DNA of 64,000 nucleotides from Octopus bimaculoides (Eukaryota). Of the stretch, positions 54,031 to 64,000 are shown one piece after another (the stretch's first letter is position 1; each line of letters begins with the position of its first letter). The position numbers were made by a program, and so were the translations under genes. The stretch lies in NCBI RefSeq assembly GCF_001194135.2, contig NC_068983.1:53466280-53530279 (forward strand), read 5' to 3'. Under the pieces are notes generated by a model. The model had not been told where the DNA came from. It saw only the letters and a list, made by a program, of their open reading frames with translations, and searched no databases.

Positions 54031-55254
54031 GAGCTTTTCTCAGTTTATGCTGACCAAAATCTATTCACAAGGCTTTAGCTGACCCCAGGCTGTAGTAGAA
54101 GACATTTACCCAAGGTGCCTCACAGTGGTACTGAACCAAGAACTATGTGATTGGGCAGTGAACTTTTTACCACACAACTGTGCTTGATCCTATGAATATT
54201 TATATATATATATATATATATATATACATACATACATATACACACAATATATCTATATAGTAGTTAAACATTATATTTATGTGTTTTATATATATACATA
54301 TTTATATAATATTGGTGGAAGATGCAGAATCAGTAGAACATCTAACAAAAATATCTTGTGTTATTTGGTTATATCTCTTTATGTTCTGGCTATGTCCCTT
54401 TACGTCAAGGGCAACTTTACTTTTCTTCCTTCCGAGGTTGATTTATTAAGTACCAAACAAAGTAATGGATTTGATAGAATCAACTAAAATCCCTTAAAGG
54501 TAGTGCTTCAGAACAGTCACAGCTCAATGACTGAAACCAGTAAAAAGAAGAAAGAAGTTCTGGAGAGAGCAGCTTACAGTCAGTATGTTTTGAAAAGGAT
54601 TCTTTTTATCTTTCTTGAATATATATGTATATATATGTCATCATCATCATGATGTATGCGTACGTATGTATGTATGACTTTCCAACTTCATGCAATGGCG
54701 CCTACTTAAAAGACATCCGTACTTAACAATTTATCGATATTCCCTTTTTATGTTTCTCTTATATAAAGGAATTGTTATTACATTTTTATCTACAACAACA
54801 AAGGAAACTGCTTATTGAATTTGAATATCATAAGTATAGAAGTCTAAGGTTTGCTGTCAAAAGATTCATTTCAATGCATACACATAAAATATTGTTCTAC
54901 TCCATGACTTTTGTGCAAGGTATCAATCATGGGCACAAGCATGATGATGTGGTTAAGAATTTTGCTTAACAGTTACATGGTTTTATGTTCAATCCCACTA
55001 CTTGGTATCTTGAGAAAGTGCTTCCTACTGTTAACTCAGACTGGACTGAGGATTTAAATTGAAACTAAGAAGACAGAAACTGTTAGCCTATTAGATGAAG
55101 GAGGGTCATTGTGAAAGAGGGTCATTGACCTAATCCATCTCCCTGTGAAACACCACCACAGAGCCCTTGTATGCCTTTGGTGAAACCCTTCATATTGCAA
55201 AGCCACCTGTTTCTTCATCCCTTTCTCAGAGTTCTGCTAAAAGTAATGGTTTAA

Positions 55255-55530
55255 TCATCATCAGTTAACATCCATTCTCCATGCTGACATGGGTTGGATG
55301 GTCCAGCAGGAGCTGGCAAATCAGAGGCCTACTCCAAACACCAGTCATCTGTTTCAGCATGGTTTCTTTTGGCTGGGTGCCCTTTCTAACACCAACCACT
55401 TTACAGAGTGCACTGAAGTCTTTTACATAGTGCCGGCACTGGTTCCTTTGTACTAGGCACTGGCTCCTTTGTACTAGGCACTGGCATGGGTGCTCTTATG
55501 TGGTGCCTGCACTGGTTCTGGCATGGATGC
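55255..55530 (-). mobile_element. Family B element copy with 21 bp internal tandem duplication
   Basis: Tail TTAACATCCATTCTCCATGCTGACATGGGTTGG and (GGCACTGG.TCCTTTGTACTA)x2. Confidence 0.7.
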
Positions 55531-56313
55531 TTTTTACACGATGTCAAATGGTTGTGAGGAAGCATATGGCCTAGTAGTTAAACAACTGGGCTCTCAACCA
55601 GAAGGTTGTAAGTTCAATTCCTGCTGGAGGAGGCATGTTGTGTCCTTAAGTAAAGCACCTAACTGCCTCCAGTTCACTCAGCAGGTAGATATGAGCATTA
55701 AGATTGACAGAATGCTCTGAACTAGTTGCTGCTTGAGTCAAAATTCTTCAAGCTGGGAAACGGATTTATCCAACAGTAAACAGCTATACTCCTTTACACT
55801 CTGACTAAAAACCATTAAGAAAAACAGAGGACAAGAGACAAAACTTTAACATATTAAATACTGCCGTTTAAAAACTTTTTATCAACAGCACAATGCAGAG
55901 AGTAAATATTTTTTTTGTTTTGTTTTTTTTGTGTTTTTTTTTTGTTTTTTGGGGGGTTTTTTTAAGGTTTTTCCCTACAAAAATCATACAATATTTTTCC
56001 TTCTGAATTGTAAATATTATATCAAGTATTCCTTGCATTAAAATTGAACAAAGTATTTCTTTCATGGAAATACAATTGTTTTGAAATTTATCACGACTAA
56101 TGTTTATTTTAAATTAAAGGCTTCAACTTTAATTGAGTTATTTTTAAAAAAAAAAAGCCTTATTCTTTATTCTGTGTTCTTATTTTCAGTTTTAGATGGC
56201 ATCTGACATTAGCATTTCACCTGTAACTTGGCTGTCTGTTGTCTTAATTTTTCAACATTTGTTTTTCTCCTATATTCAATAAATGTTAGAGATCAAACAA
56301 GTGTGTGTATGTT

Positions 56314-56346
<33 letters not shown>

Positions 56347-57744
56347 TTGTGTGTGTGAAAGAAAGGGCAAGAGGTGAGGAAAGGGCAAAACAAGAACTAT
56401 AGCATTCAGTAAGTGACTGTTTGTTTTAATTGCAAATCAGATTTCCTAAGCTAAAACCACTCTGTACTTTTAAACAATGAATCATTTTGGAATTGGAGAA
56501 GTAATAGAAAAAGAAAAACAAACAAAAAAAAAACATTTGTGCTTCAACCAGTACAAATAAAATCATAACTTTGTCCATTACATTTATTAAAATTCCTTTG
56601 TGTTGTCAAAAGTAATTACCCTGATAGCCAAAAAACAACACATAATTACATAAAAAGTTCAATGACTTTTTTTTTTTTCAATTTATTTTATTGACGACAT
56701 TTTACCAAATAGATCTAGTTATGTTCTTCCATGCATATGACTGATGCATTATTATGATAATTCTAATGACTGCAGCCACTGTGGCGACAGTATGTGCTAA
56801 TTTATTAGCTTTTATTTTTGTCCGTTGCAACAGTAAACAAGTTTGAGATTTCAAAGAGAAAGTATCTAGAATAAAACTCAGATTATCGATACTTAAATTA
56901 AATGGTTGTAAGTCGTTAGTTTCATGATATATGGGAATAAATATATATAGCAAAGTTAGAAAACAAACTAGTCCCCTAAGTATTAACAACATTGTAAAGA
57001 ATATATTCTATGTACAAGTGTGTTTTTCTCTGAGAAACAAAAGAAGATTAGGAAATGGAAAATTCCTTTTAGTTATTGACTTTCATGAAAGCAAGAGAAC
57101 ATTTATGTAGAGAAATCCTTCAGCAATGTATAATAATGCTGCAATATAAGTTCACAAACGATCATTGTTACTTGTGTTAGTCTGAGAAAGAGAGCAAAGC
57201 CTACAATCTATGTATTTCTTTCTCAAATGGAGGGATTAAGTTAAACAGATGATGTCTGTGCAATCAATATTGGGAAGAAATTGTTCCTGGTTTACAGATG
57301 AAGGGTAATTATGGGTATTAAGGGACAGTGAAAGGTTGTAGTTTTAATGAGAAAGAATTAGCCAAAGTATTTAGGGATGACTCTGTAAGATGAGAATGTG
57401 GAAGTAATGAGAGGAATAGAAGAGAACACATCAAATTGGTTTAGGTGACATGACATAGATTTAGCTATAAAGCTTAGATAATTACAGACCATTGTAGTAG
57501 TGAATGATTTCAAGAAATGTAACAGCTTCAAAGTGAGTAAGGTTTTGCAGTGGTTTAATGATTGTGAGTTGGACTATCAGATGAGAGACTACCTTTTAGA
57601 TGCCTTTTAGACTACCTTTATTAGGTAATAGACACTGTGTGAGCAATATTCAAGTGTAGATTGTAACTGTGCATTTAAATGCTTACCAGATATAGAGACT
57701 CTGATACTGAGAGGAAATTTATATGGAGAATGCCAGAGCAGCTG

Positions 57745-58143
57745 TCTGGCTCCTGTGCCAGTGGCACGTAAATAGCACCATTTGAGCATGAATGTTACCA
57801 GCATCGCCTTATTGGTACTTGTGCCAGCGGCACGTGAAAAAACGTTCGGGCGAGATCATTGCCAGTGCCGCTGGACTGGCTCCTGTGCAGGTGGCACGTA
57901 AAATACACCATTTGAGGGTGGCCGTTGCCAGTACCGCCTGACTGGCTTTCATGCCGGTGGCACGTAAAAGCACCCACTACACTCTCAGAGTGGTTGGTGT
58001 TAGGAAGGGCATCCAGCTGTAGAAACTCTGCCAAGTCAGATTGGAGCCTGGTGCAGCCATCTGGTTCACCAGTCCTCAGTCAAATCGTCCAACCCATGCT
58101 AGCATGGAAAGCGGACGTTAAACGATGATGATGATGGTGATGA
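57745..58143 (+). mobile_element. Family B element copy (best preserved; four tandem units)
   Basis: Four GTGC.NGNGGCACGT units + RTE-like tail CGTCCAACCCATGCTAGCATGGAAAGCGGACGTTAAACGATGATG; CpGs intact. Confidence 0.88.
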
Positions 58144-58434
58144 ATACTATGTTTGCACATATAAAATACCAGAAACTACTGGGTTACACTTTCCAGTAGA
58201 CTACAATATTTAAAAAGGGGCAGTATGATGGTTTTGTTTCTTTAGACATGAAGTAATAGTATTTCACTGTTGAATTGTTAAGGGTTTCAAGGCTGTTAAT
58301 GAATCTACGGAACTATTATTATACATGTCTTTACAGTGCTTTTCAAATTGTAAATATTTTCATAATTTTATGTAAAAATTATCTGTCCTTTATTCAAAAG
58401 ACCAGTGCACAATGTTGTTATTATACCACAATGA

Positions 58435-59330
58435 TGAGCATCATCAATGTTTTCATGTTCATTTATCCAAGCTGACATGAATTAGACAGATCTGCTATCA
58501 GTATAATTCCACTCAGTATATCTTTTCATCTATAAAGCCCAACATTCTGCAAGTTAACCTTACCCCCTCTTTCCAAATCTTTTGTAGTCCTCATCTGCCA
58601 CAGATGTTCTCTGATAACTCTCATCTCTTTTTTCACTTAACACTCATCTTCCTAAATTTTCTTCACCAGTGCAGTTCTCTCTTTGTCATACATTAACCAA
58701 TGCCATTAATGTTGATCTTAATTTTGCTACACCTTTCATACAAGTTAGCATTATGCTTCCATCTTCAGCTCCTTTAGATCTACTTTCACTATTGCTAATA
58801 TAAGCATCATCTAGTCTCAGTTTTGTTAAAAGTTCTTATTTTTACTCTTTGTTGCCAACTGAAGCAACTGTCTGCTGAATTTCTTCAATTCTTTGCTCTA
58901 ACAACTGATTTTTTCAGTAACTACATACAGTACCTAAATAGCAAGCACTCTTAACGAAATTTAGAGAGTTGTTTAATTAATTTAAGTACTGTGTTTTAAT
59001 GGAGCTTCTAATGCTAACTCTTCTATACATGTCATTTTTGCCAGCCTTCTTTTCTGTGAATCTACAAGAGGTTGTATCTACTCCTTATTCTAGATACTGC
59101 TGTGCTATTTATTGCAAGTGGCAACATTTTGCTCTCCTATTTAAGCAGTACTAACACAGAACCTTCTAAATTATCAATCAACCTGCTGGAAATAGCAGCC
59201 AAATTTCCTCTAACTTGCCTACTAATATCTAAAAAAAATGACAAATTGTGCAACAAAGAAAGGATGGTCATTAGGCAAGCTGTATCAGGGCTTGCCTGCG
59301 ACTAACTGAAAATGGCATGATTAAACTCAA
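58435..59330 (-). mobile_element. Old decayed RTE-like LINE remnant
   Basis: (GAT)n-type tail at ~58440 and minus-strand WKEGVRLTCRMLGF resembling the RTE C-terminus; heavily mutated. Confidence 0.45.
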
Positions 59331-59912
59331 ATAATAATTAGCATAGCACCTACATAGTTTGAGGTTTTCAACACCACAAATATTCCTATTATACTTGTTC
59401 ATTATCTTTATTTCATTATTACCTTTACTACACAGTAGTTAACCATGCCAACTAAGATTTCTGTTAATTTCAGATGAGATATTTCCTTTACCACTCTATT
59501 AATATTCATTATTCAATAACCTCTAACTGTAATAACGTAACACTTCCTGCTTTTTTATTTCTTTTTTTTTTTTGGCTCTCACAGGTTAAATATCCAATGT
59601 CATTTTGAACTTATTTCCCTCAATATATCAACTAGTCAATACAAATACATTGTATTTCATTTCACAATAATTTATTCATCTTGTCTTCATGGCAAGCAAT
59701 ATATCTTTGTCAATTTTCACAGTAATTAAACTTCTTCTACTTAAAATGAACCATACTCGGCTGAAGTTATGGGTGTGTATTCAAACCATTGTAAATGTGG
59801 GGTTAATATTTAAGCAGTCATAGATAACTAGTATTAAATTGGTCATGTAACAATTGATGCATTTCAAAATCCGACAATAACTAATATAATTTTTTTTTCG
59901 CTTGTTAGCATT

Positions 59913-60230
59913 CAGGGTGTGTGGCTTAATGGTCAGGGTATTTGGCTCATGATTGAAAGATCATGAGTTCGATTCCTGGTGGCACATTGCATCCTTGAGC
60001 AAGATACTTTATTCCACATTACTGACACTCAGCTGACAAAAGTGAGTAGTACCTGTATTTCAAAGGGCCAGCCTTGTCACATTCTTTGTCATGCTGAATC
60101 TCCCTATGAACTATGTTATGGGTATGTGTGTCTGTGGAGTGCTCAGCCAGTTGCACATTAATTTCACAAGCAAGCTGATCTGTTGATTGGATCAGCTGGA
60201 ACTCTTGTCATCATAACTGATGGAGTACCA
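59913..60230 (+). mobile_element. tRNA-derived SINE family C
   Basis: Head GTGGCTTAATGGTCAGGGTATTTGGCTC...GAGTTCGATTCC; body TTTCAAAGGGCCAGCCTTGTCACATTCT also found at 29690-29830. Confidence 0.7.
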
Positions 60231-62075
60231 GGTTTTATTTATTTATTTTTTGACATTCAATTGAAACTGTCATTACTCATTTCAACAGCAAGATATACAA
60301 CTCTTAAGTTAAGTAGATACCAGAGTACACATAGGAGTAATTCGGTGTCAATTTTGGAGAATTCTTCTTTCTTGAGATTGTCTCCCTTTCTCATATGGAA
60401 TTGGTCTCAGTTGTTATTTGGTAATTGTGACACATCTTCTAACAGGTAGAGATAATTTCAATAACTCAATAATTTATGTTGTATGGTATTTGATATCATG
60501 TGATCACATGATCAACCAGACTATTGGATGCTGTTATACAACACTGGTCACAATGTGCTTTGCATTGTTTTAGCTTTTGAATGATTGCTTAGCAATCTCC
60601 GCTGATCCAAAGGTTATTCCATCACAGAGTTACCTATTTACATCTGATTAGACTGATGCAGCATGAAATGTAGTGTTTTGCTCAAGAGCACAACATGCCA
60701 CTCAGTCCAGGAATTGAACTTATGATCGTTAGATCTTGAGAGCAACACTCTAACCACTGCACCACGTTCCTCCACATGGTATTTGATATACATGTATTTA
60801 TTGTTGCTGTTGTCCATATACATGCAATTGGCCAGTCTGAGTTATTTCTTTTAGCTCATGTTTGTTTAATTTATTCAAATCACCTCAACCACAAATGTGC
60901 TCATCTCTTTTTGTGTCTATCTATATCCCTTATCTGCTGGAAATAACTTAGGGCAATTGTTTTGTGGATGATGCTTATTGAGGCAGAAACACTTGTCTAT
61001 ACTGTCCTCTAATATCCAAGCAATAGTCCTGTCTTTTCTTTAACGGCATATCAATTTTAGAGGATTGTTGATTTTTTTAGTTAGTTTCCTCTTTTTGTAT
61101 GGAGTTGGTCCCAGTTTCCATTTGGTAAGTGTGACACATCCTCTTGAGGCAGAGATAATTTTAATAAATCTTTTTATATTGTATAGTATTTGATATACCT
61201 GTATTTCTCTACATTATACTTCAAAGCCCAGGTATGGAAAATGTGGAGACTATAGTTTATACATCCATCACCTTAAACCTAATTTGCTTTAAACATGTTG
61301 ATTAGTTGTTATTTCAATGATATATGAAAAAATGTTTTGAACCATTTAACCTCTGGTCCTAAACTAAATCCATATATCAATTATAGATTACTATGCTGAA
61401 TATATTTTTTACTAAATAATAGATATATTCTGCATTTGCTATCATTCAAATGCATATACAAATTGCACTAAACCTACAAAAGGAGGCTTTAAAAAGGACG
61501 TATGAGGGATTATAATAATTTGCATGCCCTGTTTCAATTCTCATATTGAAACATGCACTCTCAGTGGCATGGGTGTGTGTGTGTGTGTGTTATCCCCTTT
61601 ATTTTCCTATTATAAAAACTTATCTCATGGTGGCATATAATTTCCGTTTCCCTATCATAAATGTTTTACATTTCTGACTTCATTGTTCTCCTCTGATTAC
61701 AGCTTTCTAATATCCATTTATAATGTTTAGATGTCATCTTGTTTCTCTTTTATACATTCTGAGGTTCTTCCAATAATGGATGGAATATTTTATAAATGAT
61801 TTCATTTTTTTTTTTTTTCCTATTTGTGGATTAAGCTGGGGAAGTTTCTGTCAAAGGCATCATCACTATCATCACCATTATAATTATCATTTTCATCAAC
61901 ACTACCATCATCATCATCATCATCATTATATAGGCTGTAAAAATTCTGTAGCTCCATGTTTTGGAAATCATCATTCTCAAGTTTGTGTGTGAGTGAATAA
62001 AACCTCTATGAAAAGAATGAGAGAGAAGTAATGGTGTAATATCATTCATGTTGTAATGTTTATGCCTTTTGGCTA

Positions 62076-62971
62076 CAAGGTGCATTCAAAAAGTATCCAA
62101 ATTATTTTTTCCTGCCAAAACTAATGCTACATGCACAAAATTCTTTCGATGGGCGGTAACACCATCTTTCCTGTGCATGAGTGGAAATTTTCATACTGGT
62201 CGGCCATGTCAGTTCTCAGCTGTTATGGTTTAAGTATGGTTGTGTAATGCATGCTTGTCAAATTTTCGTTTTCATGCAAGATGCCTGGACGCATTAAGAA
62301 GAGATCATAAACCCATGTCTAATCCCCAGTGATGATGGTCTTCATAAAGTCTGGGTCATGGTTTTCACAGTCTAGCATGTCACAGTGATTTCCATGTGGA
62401 ATTGCTCTGCCAGCAATGTGGGGATGAATTTCGCCAATGCTCTCCACGTGTACAAATCCTTCAATGGAATGCACTGATCCTGTGCCTGTTCCCGTTTCAT
62501 GAGTAATTTTCTGGAGAGTTACATGACAGTCTGCTATGACTATGTGCCAAACCTCCTCAATCGGTTCCTCATTTTGGCTTGTGGATGGCCTGCCTGAGTG
62601 TGCCTTGCTCTTCACCGAGGTGTGGTCATGTTTGAAGCAGTTGTACCACTCCTTGATCTGAGTTTTGCCCATGGCTCAATCACCAAAGGCCTGCTGAATC
62701 TTCTGGATGGTTTAAGCTTGAGTATCACCAAGCTTTTAGCAAAACTTGATGCAATATCTTTGATGCGTTTGGTGAAAATGAAAATCCAACAAGCACACAC
62801 TACACATCTGCACTCTGGGCATAACAGCTGGGAACTGACACAACCTACCAATGTGAAAATCTTAGTGCATGCACAGGAAGGGTAGTGTTACTTCCCACCC
62901 AAAAGACTAAGCCCACATGGCATTAGTTTTGGTGAGAAGAAATAAAGAAGGTACTTTTTGAATGCACTTCA
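62076..62971 (-). mobile_element. Internally deleted mariner (Tc1/mariner) transposon, 896 bp, with transposase pseudogene
   Basis: TA-CAAGGTGCATTCAAAAAGTA ... TACTTTTTGAATGCACTTCA-TA. Minus strand reads QRYCIKFC*KLGDTQA*TIQKIQQAFGD*AMGKTQIKEWYNCFK...SGRPSTS...DPDFMKTIITGD (HTH domains and first Asp of the DD(34)D triad). Confidence 0.92.
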
Positions 62972-64000
62972 TATGTCTTAGTGATTAATGTAAAAGAAGA
63001 GCTGATAGTGTGCTCATTTACAAGAAAATCCATAAATATATAGTATGATGTAGTTTATATTAGAATGCTTATTAGTTCAATTGTTTAGACTTTTACTGAA
63101 TGTCATAGTATATTTCTCAGAAGTTTATTAATAACAAACATGTTAGATACCAAGATATTCATATGAATTAATAGGAAAGTTTTCCTCTTGTAAAAGATCT
63201 TTAGTAACAACAGCTAATTGATAAACTGATAGTTTTTTTTTGGGGGGGGGGTCACCTTTTTTCTTTTGCAGGAATGTTCAAATTATGTGCTTTACCTTTC
63301 TTCAAGTCTCATTGCAAGATGTGAAATCATAAATTTTTCAGTTGTGTAGTGTCTTAATATTCAGCCCACCCCTCAATCACCACACCTCTATACATTGAGA
63401 AATCATTGACAAAATATATATCAAAGGAAGTAATTTAATTTTAGATAACAGCCTAGTTACATAATTGCAGTTTCTGTTTTAAAGTATCTCCTAATTGCTT
63501 TCCTGTGTAGATAGTTTACCCTAATTTCAATTAATTAAAATTCAAAAAAAAATTATTTTTATTTTATTACTTTTTTTAACTTTTTTTTACTCTATTCTCC
63601 TCTCCACCATCTTGATTTTTGTGTTAAGACTTTTCAGTTAGTGTACGTTACTCCTCTTTCATCAGCACACTCACATACACATCCAACCATAATACTACAC
63701 ATTGCTATTAATTCTCTTGGTTTATTTTGATCAATTTTACGATGCCAATCTTCTATTGCAAAAACTGATTTACAAAACATTAAAATAATTATTCAAGTGA
63801 ATAATAAACTATTACAGATTGAATCTGTGTTATAGCTTGAGATCAGCATTAAGAATCATGTCCATTATTTTCTTTTAAGCTTGTATTAGAAATTTATGAT
63901 TTCTGTATTACGCAGCTAATACTAGCATGGAAATCTGAATATGAAATTTAAAACCTTTTTGCTTTCTTCTTCCTAGGACATTATTTAAAATGATGTTAAA

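Noticed and set aside
56190-56283. Acceptor-like site followed by ATG GCA TCT...
   Set aside because: The short hydrophobic reading ends in a stop, has no kinase motif and no convincing donor.
57745-57975. Regularly spaced hairpin repeats resembling a CRISPR array
   Set aside because: Eukaryotic context, the inter-repeat sequences are homologous to each other rather than unique spacers, and there are no cas genes; these are internal SINE tandem units.
63272-63350. Strong acceptor (ttttttcttttgcag) as candidate next VKR exon
   Set aside because: Phase-0 reading ECSNYVLYLSSS... has no kinase similarity and hits a stop.
63977-64000. Acceptor-like tract ttttgctttcttcttcctag at the window end
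   Set aside because: Phase-0 reading GAC ATT ATT TAA stops at once, so it cannot follow exon F directly; too little sequence to judge other phases.

Overview
AT-rich, repeat-dense animal genomic DNA. The SINE families and microsatellites look like those of octopus/coleoid cephalopods (inference from pattern recognition). The window holds six internal + strand coding exons (4102-4197, 6149-6421, 37480-37607, 45754-46052, 51091-51232, 52476-52719) that splice in frame into 394 codons. They encode the C-terminal part of a GABA-B-like Venus flytrap (VFT) ligand-binding domain, one transmembrane helix and the N-lobe of a tyrosine kinase (GAGAFG, VAVK). This is the architecture of a Venus kinase receptor (VKR). 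The 5' exons and the rest of the kinase lie outside the window. The introns (one is 31 kb) contain several tRNA-derived SINE families, RTE-LINE remnants, mariner and piggyBac-type non-autonomous DNA transposons, a decayed hammerhead-like motif, microsatellites and three assembly gaps. Almost all ORFs in the supplied track are spurious repeat translations. Repeat boundaries are approximate (about +/-15 bp); exon and TIR boundaries were read directly from the sequence.
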